The notes under the pieces are model-generated. The model did not search any database and was not told the DNA's origin. It saw only the letters and a list, made by a program, of their open reading frames with translations. A DNA stretch of 31,490 bases from IMG/VR virus record IMGVR_UViG_3300029779_000023. One strand, written 5' to 3'. The translations under genes were made by a program, and so were the position numbers. The DNA is from a virus. Of the stretch, positions 6,669 to 14,897 are shown piece after piece (the first letter of the stretch is position 1; each line of letters opens with the position of its first letter).

Positions 6669-7862
6669 TTACAGACTGTCACAGGCGCACCGCGCGCCGA
6701 GGTACGTGTACACGTTCCACGGGTAGAAGTACAAGTTGACGGCGCGCGCCCCGGCGTGAACGCCATCGGACCAGTTGCCGCCGCCGAGAAGGGCGACAAG
6801 CGAATAATCGTTGTACTGATAAATATTTCCGTATCCGTCGCCGAACGGGGAAGTTGTGTCCCAGCCCCATACACCGTCGTTCGTTGCGTGATAGTGTCCA
6901 TTCCCGTTTGTGTACTCTTTTCCTGCGCGCCCGCCGTCGTATGAAGGGAATGTTCCGCTTCCGTTCAGCTTTACGTGTTCCGCCCGCGTGATAAGCTCGT
7001 TCAGCCATTCCCATACATTTCCGACGCAATCGCGGCAACCGATCGAAGAAACGGCATTTGCGACGTATCCGGTTTTCTGCCTTCCGGTGTTTCCGGTCGC
7101 GCTCCATGCGTTCGTGTTGCTGTCCGCCATCCCCTGCGGGCTTCCGAAAGCCGCCATGCAAAACTCTTCGTATGTCAGAAGGCGCTTGCCGGATACAAGG
7201 GCGCGTTCAACGAACCCGTACCAATTCAAGCCTTCCGTTCCGGTCATCGGTGTGGCGTTATAGGCGGAAGCAAGCCCGCCCGCTCCGTCGTCGGAAGAAA
7301 GGTAAATATCAACCCATGTCCCGTTTGCGAGATAGACCATGCCTTCGGGATTGCACTTCGGACGATGTGCCAGCGTCCAAACGGAACGTGGAACGATACC
7401 GTCGAACACGGAACTTTCCCAGTTTGTGCCGCGTACCGCGCCGGAAGCGTTCACAGGCGCAAGCGCGGCGTTCACTTTGCGGCACTTACCGTAATGGAAG
7501 CCGCCGATCTTGCGGCTGTTTGCCGCTCCGTAGCCCGCCGGGTAGGTGGAATTCAGCGAAATTTTATAAACTTCGTCGTTACCTTCTCCCGCGTCGCACA
7601 GGAAAATATAATAATCCTTTCCGACGGTGAAAGCCGCCCCGCTGTCAAGATCAGCCGCCGAAAGTGCGGTGTTTTCGGTCTTGAACACGCCGCCGCCGAA
7701 AATGGAGAAGATACAACCTTCTTCGATCTGCAACGTGTCGCTTCCGATCACGGTGATATACTGCTTGATCGGAATTGCCGTTTCGGAAAGTGTGGCGATC
7801 TTGCCCGTGTTAAGCAGGGCGCGGGGATCGCGGTTTACGAAATCATTTGTCAGAAAGCGCAT
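6669..7862 (-). CDS. DGR target: tail-fibre / receptor-binding protein with an FGE-sulfatase / C-type-lectin-like C-terminal domain (397 aa)
   Basis: GCRDCVGNVWEWLNE and the C-terminal GGGNWSDGVHAGARAVNLYFYPWNVYTYLGARCACDSL are typical of DGR variable proteins. It is the last structural gene after the fibre genes. Confidence 0.85.
   Translation of the reverse strand: MRFLTNDFVNRDPRALLNTGKIATLSETAIPIKQYITVIGSDTLQIEEGCIFSIFGGGVFKTENTALSAADLDSGAAFTVGKDYYIFLCDAGEGNDEVYKISLNSTYPAGYGAANSRKIGGFHYGKCRKVNAALAPVNASGAVRGTNWESSVFDGIVPRSVWTLAHRPKCNPEGMVYLANGTWVDIYLSSDDGAGGLASAYNATPMTGTEGLNWYGFVERALVSGKRLLTYEEFCMAAFGSPQGMADSNTNAWSATGNTGRQKTGYVANAVSSIGCRDCVGNVWEWLNELITRAEHVKLNGSGTFPSYDGGRAGKEYTNGNGHYHATNDGVWGWDTTSPFGDGYGNIYQYNDYSLVALLGGGNWSDGVHAGARAVNLYFYPWNVYTYLGARCACDSL
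6678..6795 (-). repeat. DGR variable repeat (VR) at the 3' end of the target gene
   Basis: Matches the TR at 104/118 positions. The 14 mismatches sit in 10 codons. The 3' end carries a 15-nt GC-rich block GGCGCGCGGTGCGCC (plus 6684-6698). Confidence 0.85.
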
Positions 7863-8421
7863 AATTCTTCAAAACCCCCTTGATAGATTTTACTTCGTCC
7901 GCAGAAATGCCCAGCACTTCAAACGGGCTAACGTCGGAAAGAACCTTCAAAACCTTTTCGCCCTCTTCCATAGCGCGGGAAAGAGAAACGATCATCAGCT
8001 CTTCGGCCTTCTCTGCGCCTTCCTCCAGCTCTTCGGCGTTTCCTCCGCCGATGTCCGGAAGAAGCGAACCAAGATCAACGCCGATCTTGTCGAAAAGGTC
8101 GCCCAGCTTGTCGAACGCGCCTTCGGCAATCTGCTTGAAGGCGGAAAGCACGGCTTCGGCGTGTGCGCGCTGTGCCTCCTTGATCGTTGTGGTATAGTTG
8201 TTCTTCACCTTCACGCCCGCCGCAACCTCTGCGCAAGGATTGATTACCACCGTTTTTCTGTCCTCGCTGATCTCTACGATTGGAACGGCGATATACTGCC
8301 GCTCCTCCACCGCTTCGATCGCGGCGGAAAGCTCATTTGCGGGAAGCTCCCCCGCTTGCACAAGGGAAAGACAATTATACAAGTCGTTCCCCGTTGCAAT
8401 TTTCTTCGGAAATCCTTTCAT
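7843..8421 (-). CDS. Hypothetical tail/fibre-associated protein (192 aa)
   Basis: RBS AGGAGG before ATG 8421, between fibre genes. No recognisable motif. Confidence 0.6.
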   Translation of the reverse strand: MKGFPKKIATGNDLYNCLSLVQAGELPANELSAAIEAVEERQYIAVPIVEISEDRKTVVINPCAEVAAGVKVKNNYTTTIKEAQRAHAEAVLSAFKQIAEGAFDKLGDLFDKIGVDLGSLLPDIGGGNAEELEEGAEKAEELMIVSLSRAMEEGEKVLKVLSDVSPFEVLGISADEVKSIKGVLKNYALSDK

Positions 8422-8440
8422 TGTGTGTACCTCCTTTGAT

Positions 8441-9310
8441 TTATTCGGTTACGGTCGAAAGGTAAGCGCAACCAAGATAAGAATTCGCCAGCCATGCGGC
8501 GGAAGTGAAAGCGTCCGCATTTTCGATAGCGGCTTCAAGTGCCGCGACGCGGGCTTGCAAATCCTCAACTTCCAGCGTCAGTTGCCCCGCAATATCGCCG
8601 GAAAGCGTGTTTTTAATCCCCTCGAACCACGCTTCAAACTCCGCGCGGGCGGACGCTTCGTAATCCTCCAAGCTCTGCAAGAAGGTTTCGTAATCCGCCG
8701 CCGCGTCGTTTTCATATCCGGACACGCGAGCAACGTATGCGTTGTATTCGTCCGTAATCAACGCGCGGTACAACTCGAAGAAATTATCGAACTGCGCCGT
8801 AATCGCGGACGGGTCAATCTGTTTGACAACGCCTACAACAATCCCGCAAAGTTCCGTATTGTATCTCCGATCCGTTATATTGCTTTGTGTGATAGTTGTT
8901 GCGCCCGCGCTTACATAAACGTCTGCGATTGCCAATTCGTAAATATCCGCGTCCCTCTCTACTGCTGGCGCGGTAGGGGAAGCCGAATATGAAGAAGATT
9001 TCGCCTTTACTGAAATAATTCGGTTTGTCAAGTCCCATTGAACCACAATGCGGTCAATGCGGTTCAAAACGCCGTCAGCCGTTGCAAGTGTTAAGGAAAG
9101 ATCACTTGTGTTATTATAAAAATATCCGTTGATCCACGCTTTTCCTGCCTTCACGGTCACTTGCATTCCGCTTCCGACAACAACTTGAAGGCCCGTCGAA
9201 GGAACGGGAAAAACGCCGTTTCCGATGAATGATCCGAAATACGACGCCCAATCTTCCGCCTTATATTTTCGGTCGCCGGATACGCTGTTAAAAAAGCTCG
9301 ATTTTTCCAT
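8441..9310 (-). CDS. Tail fibre / baseplate-associated structural protein (289 aa)
   Basis: RBS AAAGGGGTG. Position after the Tal-like protein. Coiled-coil C-terminal half (LEVEDLQARVAALEAAIE). Confidence 0.5.
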   Translation of the reverse strand: MEKSSFFNSVSGDRKYKAEDWASYFGSFIGNGVFPVPSTGLQVVVGSGMQVTVKAGKAWINGYFYNNTSDLSLTLATADGVLNRIDRIVVQWDLTNRIISVKAKSSSYSASPTAPAVERDADIYELAIADVYVSAGATTITQSNITDRRYNTELCGIVVGVVKQIDPSAITAQFDNFFELYRALITDEYNAYVARVSGYENDAAADYETFLQSLEDYEASARAEFEAWFEGIKNTLSGDIAGQLTLEVEDLQARVAALEAAIENADAFTSAAWLANSYLGCAYLSTVTE

Positions 9311-9322
9311 ATTTACACCCCT

Positions 9323-10447
9323 TTATTTTGTGATTTGCCGTATCTGCGTTAAAAGCGCGGGCAAACTTTCACCGAAAGTTATGTCAATTTCTTCGACGTT
9401 GTTTTGATAGGTTTCCGCAATCTCCGTTATGCGAACGTCAATGCGAATTCCCCAGCGCTTGTTCACGCAAGTAACGCGGTCGCCTAAATCATAATCGGTT
9501 CGGTAGATCAGATTTGCGAAGGTGTTTACCTTTGAACCGAACGAAAGCGTTTCCGCGTACTGTTCTAATTCCTCTGCACCTCTGGCGGAAAGAAGCGCTA
9601 AATATTCCGTATCCGTAAGCGATACTTGTTCGCCGTCGTCGTCCTCGTATTCCTGCACAATATCGGTGGCGTTTATGAATACCTCTTCACGCGCCAGCCC
9701 TGCTGCCGATCCGCCTACTTCGGCAACCTTCCGCGCAACGCCTTCTTTCTCTTCACCGCCGACGAACGCCGTTGTTTTTAGGTTTTCAATGCTGTTCGTG
9801 TATTCCTGCTCGACGATGTTATCGAACTCCTGCGAAAAGATACAAGGCGCATTCCCCGCGCTGTTGCCAGCCGTAAGGTCGCGCCCCTCGTAGACGGAAA
9901 AGACGTGCGTACCCGTGCGCGCGTCCGTTCGCATTCGTATTCCCAGCTTTGCCGCCTTCGCCGCTGTTTCCGCCGCAAGCTGGGCATTTGTGTACTGCTC
10001 CGAAGTGTAGTCGATCGCGCCGCTTTCGGTGTCCGCGTCGTCGTCCGCGATCGACACGTCCGGAATTTTTCGCACGGTATCAGCCGGATTTGTTACGTTC
10101 TCCCGTACAATACGGTATAGAATGTTCTGCGTTGTGTCGTTCGTGATAATCTGCTTTTTGATTATTCGCTTCCCGATCCACGCGATCAGGAACTTTCCTT
10201 GAACCTCGATTTCCTCCAGCCCCTGCGAATTCTTCGTGATCGAAACATAACGGATTTGTGCCGCTTCGTCGTCGCCGCGCTTCATAATGATATTGTTCTT
10301 CACCAGCATTCGGGAATGCTCTTCCGTGAAGGGAACAAGCAACTTGAATTCGCCGCAACTCCAATAGCGGCGCGTCCAGATCAGCGACGCGATTTTTTCG
10401 ACGATCCCTTGAAGCTCCATATCGGAAGAATAGACGTATAATTCCAT
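9323..10447 (-). CDS. Tail-associated protein, siphovirus Gp37-like / Tal-like (374 aa)
   Basis: ATG 10447 with RBS GGGGGTG immediately after the Dit stop. The N-terminus MELYVYSSDMELQGIVEKIASLIWTRRYWSCGEFKLL resembles the Sipho_Gp37 family. The track ORF has a spurious 51-codon extension. Confidence 0.6.
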   Translation of the reverse strand: MELYVYSSDMELQGIVEKIASLIWTRRYWSCGEFKLLVPFTEEHSRMLVKNNIIMKRGDDEAAQIRYVSITKNSQGLEEIEVQGKFLIAWIGKRIIKKQIITNDTTQNILYRIVRENVTNPADTVRKIPDVSIADDDADTESGAIDYTSEQYTNAQLAAETAAKAAKLGIRMRTDARTGTHVFSVYEGRDLTAGNSAGNAPCIFSQEFDNIVEQEYTNSIENLKTTAFVGGEEKEGVARKVAEVGGSAAGLAREEVFINATDIVQEYEDDDGEQVSLTDTEYLALLSARGAEELEQYAETLSFGSKVNTFANLIYRTDYDLGDRVTCVNKRWGIRIDVRITEIAETYQNNVEEIDITFGESLPALLTQIRQITK

Positions 10448-10451
10448 ACCG

Positions 10452-11339
10452 CTACACCCCCAAATACAAGTTATTGTGATAAATGGATACTTCGAGATTT
10501 TCCGCGTTTGTATCCGCTGAATATCGGAAAAGGTTATCGCCCACGGCAAGCTGTAAATATGAACTGTCAACGTCCAAATAACGGAAAGCGTCGGTTTCAA
10601 CGCCGCCGCGTAACAGTTTTACGGATTTTTCGCCGTATCCCGTCGAAACGGTCAGCACGTCGCCCGCTTCCAGCGCAAGGTTCGCTTTAATGAATTCCTG
10701 CGTATTGACGTTCAGAAGCTGTGGATTTGTCAGCGCGCCCAGCGCGCGGAACTCGATCCGGATACCGCTTTTCACGTCGCCGGAATTGAACACGTTGACG
10801 ATCAGCGAAGGCTGGCGGTATCCGATTTCCCAATCCTCCGTTATCTCCAGCCCGTCCGGAACGGGAAATTCAAAGCCGCCGATCCACGTTGCTATATCCT
10901 CGCGCGTTTCCGCCTCTTCCCGCCAAAACGGATTAAGGCACGAAAGCTGGATTGTGAATTGCTCTAATATCGTCCCGCGCTTGAAGATCGGCGCATTGTT
11001 GATCGTGCAACCGATAACCCGCTTGAAGTCGCCCAATTCGTAAGTAAGCGTCGCGGAATACTGCGGATTTAATATCCTGTTCAGATTTCGGCGCAATTCC
11101 TGCACGGCGATTTTGTCCCGCTCCTTGATATGCCCTACGATGTCAATATCGCGGCTTTCAATGCGGTATCCTAAATAGGTATCGCCGTCCTGTCCCATAC
11201 TGTTTGTTGAATATATGGCGTTCTGCACGTCAGACAAGCCGGAAACGTCCTTGAAGTTTACGTGATACGAAGAAGAAGGGGAAAAGACAATGCTTTCCCC
11301 CCGCTCGTTCGTGTAGGTCAATTTCTCTTGTGTTTTCAT
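10452..11339 (-). CDS. Distal tail protein (Dit, siphovirus tail component family)
   Basis: ATGA overlap with the tape-measure stop, plus size and position typical of Dit. Confidence 0.7.
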   Translation of the reverse strand: MKTQEKLTYTNERGESIVFSPSSSYHVNFKDVSGLSDVQNAIYSTNSMGQDGDTYLGYRIESRDIDIVGHIKERDKIAVQELRRNLNRILNPQYSATLTYELGDFKRVIGCTINNAPIFKRGTILEQFTIQLSCLNPFWREEAETREDIATWIGGFEFPVPDGLEITEDWEIGYRQPSLIVNVFNSGDVKSGIRIEFRALGALTNPQLLNVNTQEFIKANLALEAGDVLTVSTGYGEKSVKLLRGGVETDAFRYLDVDSSYLQLAVGDNLFRYSADTNAENLEVSIYHNNLYLGV

Positions 11340-14269
11340 CAGCCCATTACCTCCCGCGCAATCATTCTGAACTGCCGCGCCGCTTCGCGCTGTTGCTGGG
11401 CGTAGGAAGTATCGTTCGCGTAGATGTTTTGTACCACCTCGAAGCGCGCTTCCTGTCTGCCGCCTTTGCGCGGGCGCGGTTCCGGATCGCCGGGAACGGC
11501 GTTATCGGTCGCCCTGCGGATCGTCTTTTCAACGTTTCGCATTTCGCGCCCGAAGCCTTCGGCAAGCCCCTGCGCCATATATTCGCCGATACCCGCAAAT
11601 ACTTTCGACGGGGAAGCAATATCCATTTCATCTTCAACCGCCGCGACAATTTCGCGCATCATCGAACGCACGCGGCTTTCCAGCCAGCTCGACATATTTT
11701 GAAAGCCCTGCCAAATGCCGCGCACCATTTCTTCGCCCGCCGCCACGAAGTCGGATACAAACGAATTCAGCGCGGTAATAACGGGCTGTACGATTTGCGC
11801 CACTTTTCCGGTGATCTGCGGGATACCCTGCACCATTCCGGAAGCTATATTCTTGTCGATCGTAACGCCCGCTTGAATGAACTTTTGATTTTGCGCGGTG
11901 AAGGCGGTTATAATGCTCTGCGTGATTTGCGGTATCTTTGCCGTGATCTGCGGGATACCCTGCACCATACCGGAAGAAATCTGATTGTCAAAATCCTGTC
12001 CGGCTTGAATGAGCCTTTGCGCCTGTGCGTTCAGTCCGGTAATAACCTTCTCGACGATCGCGTTTATCGCTCCGGAAAGCCCTTCGATATTCGCCATAAT
12101 GCCGTCATTCACGGCGCGCACCGCTTCGGCGGCGGTAAGCTGTCCCGCTCCGCCCATTGCGGCGGTCATATCAGCCGAAACGCCGTCCATACTTTCGCCG
12201 AAGCCTACGCCCACGCCTTCGCCCATATTCGTACCGATTTCGGCGAACACGGTTGAAGGGGAGTGAATGCCGAAGAAACTTTTAATCCCGCTCACAAGGG
12301 AAGAAGCCCAGCCGGTTACTTTGTCCCATAACCACGAAGCCGCGCTTGAAATACCTTCCCACAATCCGTGAAGAAGGTTTGCGCCCGCACTCACCATTTC
12401 GCCGCCCAAACTTGCGAACGCCTGTACGATACCGGAAACGATCTGCGGAACCGCTTTGACAATTTCAACAATGATCGTCGGCAAATTCTGAATGAGGGAA
12501 ACGAACAACTGAACGCCCGCTTGAATGATCTGCGGGATATTCTGCACAAGCGCGTTTACAATCCCGCTGATAATCTGCGGGATCGCCTGTACGATCGTCG
12601 TTATGATCTGCGGAAGCGCCTGTATCAGCGCCACAAGAAGGTCAATGCCCGCTTGAACAATCTGCGGGATATTTTCAAGAAGCGCTGTAATGATCCCATT
12701 TATGATTTCCGGAATAGCCGAAACAATCGTCGTAATGATTTCCGGAAGGGCGGAAATAAGGGAAGTCAGAAGGTCGATACCCGCTTGAATAATTTGCGGG
12801 ATCGCCGCCAGCAGTCCATTAACAAGGCTCGTTATCACTTGCGGAAGCGCCGCTACAAGAACGGGGATCGCGTTAATGATACCCTGCGCCAGCCCTGTAA
12901 TAAGCTGTAATGCCGCGTCAATCAGCATAGGGATATTGTCGATCAGCGTTTGCACCAACTGCGTAATAATCGAAACGATCGTCGGAACAAGCGTCGGCAA
13001 GGCTTGCGCGATACCTGTTGCAAGCGTCCCGATCATCTGCAAGGCGAATTCAAGGAAGGTCGGAAGCATCGTCCCAAGCTGTTCAACGATGAACGTTACA
13101 AGCCCCAGCAAGCCTTCGGAAAACTGTTGCGCCGCGCCTTCTGCGCCCTCCAGCGCTCCTGTCAGCCCTGTTCCGATCAGCTCGACGAACGGCGTTATCT
13201 GTTGCAGAAGATCCGCCGCAAGCTGTTTCAGCTTCGTAACGATAGGTTCGGCAATCGCCCCCAGCGCCGCCATAGCGCTGTTAAGGTTCGCCGTTGCCTT
13301 CTGCGCTTCGATAATATCGCCGTTTACCTCTCTGTAAGCCTCCGCCGCGTCGGAATAAAGCCCGTTCAGCGTTTCCGTAATCAGCGCTTGCCGCTCCTGC
13401 TCCGTTGTGCAAGCGTCCAGCTTCGATTGAAATTCATCTTCCGAAACGCCCGCCCAATTCAAAGCGTCGGCAAGCCCGCCCGTAATCTGTCCGGTTTTCG
13501 CCGTTTCGTTCGCGGCTTCCGTCAAGTTTTCGATCGGCAAGCTGTCGCCGAAGGTCGCATAAACGCCCGTCGCAATATCCGTCCACGTCGCAAGCTCCTG
13601 CTCGTTGTTCGTAAGCTGTGCAAGGTGTGCGGCGGCTTCGGTCGCCTGTCCGTCGTCGCCAAGAATGCCGTACAATTCGGTATAAGTGTTCTTTGCATCT
13701 TCCGCCGAATGCCCCGCCGTTGTAAAGCCCGCTTCCAGCTTGCCCATATTTTCGCGTGCTTCGCGCGTACTCTCTGCAAGCCCTAAAAAGGCGGTAGCTG
13801 CCGCGCCGATCGCCGCGCCCATTGCGGCAACGCCCGCCCCGATTGCCTTTCCTACTTTTCCCACGGTGTCGCCGACGCTTTCCCAATCGATCTTTGAGCT
13901 TTTCAGTTTCTTTGAAGTGTCGTCAAGCTCCCGTTGAACCTTCACCATTTCGGCGCGTGTGTTGTTAAGGTTCGTTTGCATTTTCTGATAGGCGGGATCG
14001 GTAGGATCGATCCCACCTTCACGCATTTTCTTCAATGCCGCTTCTGCGGCTTTCGCTTTCTTTGCCTGTTCGTCAAGCTGTTTTTGTAGAATATCCTGCT
14101 TCCGTGTAAGCGCTTCAATACTTTCCGCATTGTCGCCGAATTCCGCCGTCGCCAGCTTCATTTCCGATCCGATTTCGCGAAGGGAAGTATTGATACCTTT
14201 ACAGGCGGCGCGGTATTCTTTTTCGCCTTCAAGAATAATTTGCGATTTGATTTGCTCTTCCTTCGCCAT
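11339..14269 (-). CDS. Tail tape measure protein (976 aa)
   Basis: Long protein with an N-terminal coiled coil, Gly/Ala-rich TM-like segments and internal 44-aa repeats. It follows the chaperone frameshift pair. Confidence 0.9.
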   Translation of the reverse strand: MAKEEQIKSQIILEGEKEYRAACKGINTSLREIGSEMKLATAEFGDNAESIEALTRKQDILQKQLDEQAKKAKAAEAALKKMREGGIDPTDPAYQKMQTNLNNTRAEMVKVQRELDDTSKKLKSSKIDWESVGDTVGKVGKAIGAGVAAMGAAIGAAATAFLGLAESTREARENMGKLEAGFTTAGHSAEDAKNTYTELYGILGDDGQATEAAAHLAQLTNNEQELATWTDIATGVYATFGDSLPIENLTEAANETAKTGQITGGLADALNWAGVSEDEFQSKLDACTTEQERQALITETLNGLYSDAAEAYREVNGDIIEAQKATANLNSAMAALGAIAEPIVTKLKQLAADLLQQITPFVELIGTGLTGALEGAEGAAQQFSEGLLGLVTFIVEQLGTMLPTFLEFALQMIGTLATGIAQALPTLVPTIVSIITQLVQTLIDNIPMLIDAALQLITGLAQGIINAIPVLVAALPQVITSLVNGLLAAIPQIIQAGIDLLTSLISALPEIITTIVSAIPEIINGIITALLENIPQIVQAGIDLLVALIQALPQIITTIVQAIPQIISGIVNALVQNIPQIIQAGVQLFVSLIQNLPTIIVEIVKAVPQIVSGIVQAFASLGGEMVSAGANLLHGLWEGISSAASWLWDKVTGWASSLVSGIKSFFGIHSPSTVFAEIGTNMGEGVGVGFGESMDGVSADMTAAMGGAGQLTAAEAVRAVNDGIMANIEGLSGAINAIVEKVITGLNAQAQRLIQAGQDFDNQISSGMVQGIPQITAKIPQITQSIITAFTAQNQKFIQAGVTIDKNIASGMVQGIPQITGKVAQIVQPVITALNSFVSDFVAAGEEMVRGIWQGFQNMSSWLESRVRSMMREIVAAVEDEMDIASPSKVFAGIGEYMAQGLAEGFGREMRNVEKTIRRATDNAVPGDPEPRPRKGGRQEARFEVVQNIYANDTSYAQQQREAARQFRMIAREVMG
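11811..11976 (-). repeat. Direct repeat inside the tape-measure gene (period 132 nt)
   Basis: GTGATCTGCGGGATACCCTGCACCAT[T/A]CCGGAAG occurs at 11811-11844 and 11943-11976. Confidence 0.8.
12516..12803 (-). repeat. Tandem 132-nt (44-aa) periodicity inside the tape-measure gene
   Basis: The anchor CCCGCTTGAA..TGCGGGAT recurs at 12516, 12648 and 12780. The protein repeats IPQIIQAGIDLL...-type units. Confidence 0.7.
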
Positions 14270-14479
14270 TTACAACCCTCCTAACACGTCGTCAATATCG
14301 GCTTCCGGCTCTTCCGGCTTGAAGCGATCCGGATTGAATTGTTTGTGTATCCTAAAAAGCGTCAAGATTTTATACGGTGTCATTCGCCATACTTCGGCTT
14401 CGCTCCACCGAAGAAGCGTAACGCCGATATAAAGAAGGCGGGCAAGGTCGATTATTCCTTGCCCGCCGCCGCGTTTTTT
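14270..14479 (-). CDS. Tail assembly chaperone -1 frameshift extension (gpT-like part of a G/GT pair)
   Basis: The -1 frame is open from the slippery site to TAA 14270-14272, which abuts the tape-measure ATG. It encodes ...IDLARLLYIGVTLLRWSEAEVWRMTPYKILTLFRIHKQFNPDRF... Confidence 0.65.
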   Translation of the reverse strand, partial: KKRGGGQGIIDLARLLYIGVTLLRWSEAEVWRMTPYKILTLFRIHKQFNPDRFKPEEPEADIDDVLGGL

Positions 14480-14844
14480 CTGATTTCGTCGTCCTCTCCG
14501 TCGTCCTCTTCATCGTCGCGGGCGGGCGGCTCTTCCGTGCCGTTGTTGCCCAGCGAAAACGCCTTGAAGATCGAAGATTTCACTTCGTTAAAATTGCCCG
14601 TATGAATGAGTTTGCCCACCTGCTTTTCGGTAAGCTCTTCGTCGCCGTCCTCTGCACCTTCGTTCAGAAGCAGGGTAAGAAGCCAACGAAGGTTCTTCAC
14701 GCTGTCTTTTCCGGAAAGCGCCTTGTCCAGCTTGTCAAAGCCTCCGAATTTGTCCTGCATTTCGTCAATAACGTTCAGACTGAAAAGAAGGTGTCTTTCC
14801 TTGTCAAGTGTGATCGGGAAACGCCCGTCTTTAATTGCGCTCAT
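14452..14844 (-). CDS. Tail assembly chaperone (gpG-like), 130 aa
   Basis: Lies between the major tail and tape-measure genes and has an acidic C-terminus. Confidence 0.75.
   Translation of the reverse strand: MSAIKDGRFPITLDKERHLLFSLNVIDEMQDKFGGFDKLDKALSGKDSVKNLRWLLTLLLNEGAEDGDEELTEKQVGKLIHTGNFNEVKSSIFKAFSLGNNGTEEPPARDDEEDDGEDDEIRKNAAAGKE
14473..14479 (-). promoter_or_regulatory. Programmed -1 ribosomal frameshift slippery heptamer A AAA AAC
   Basis: Minus strand reads AGA AAA AAC in the chaperone zero frame, 7 codons before its stop. Confidence 0.65.
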
Positions 14845-14853
14845 AAAACAATA

Positions 14854-14881
14854 AGCGGGAAGCCGTTTCCGGCTCCCCGCT
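14854..14881 (-). terminator. Hairpin or partial terminator after the major tail gene
   Basis: 11-bp stem with one mismatch and a GAAA loop on the minus strand, followed by TTATTGTTTTATG. Confidence 0.4.
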
Positions 14882-14897
14882 GTACCCCCTTTCTAAA

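Larger units (their letters stand above)
4866..7862 (-). mobile_element. Diversity-generating retroelement cassette (target-VR, hairpin, avd, TR, spacer, RT)
   Basis: See the component features. The order is the same as the Bordetella phage BPP-1 mtd-avd-TR-brt arrangement. Confidence 0.9.

Noticed and set aside
6975-7883. Long plus-strand ORFs antisense to structural genes: 6975-7883, and likewise 7627-8439, 8198-8992, 11330-12256, 12950-13786 and 17066-18070.
   Set aside because: They lie entirely inside well-supported minus-strand genes, are Arg/Ser/Pro-rich with low complexity, and have no Shine-Dalgarno sequences. These are typical shadow ORFs of GC-rich coding sequence.
12712-12719. 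Additional partial matches (8-9 nt) to the small-RNA 12-mer at 12712 and 17552.
   Set aside because: They are short, lie inside coding regions and are not at start codons, which is the frequency expected by chance.
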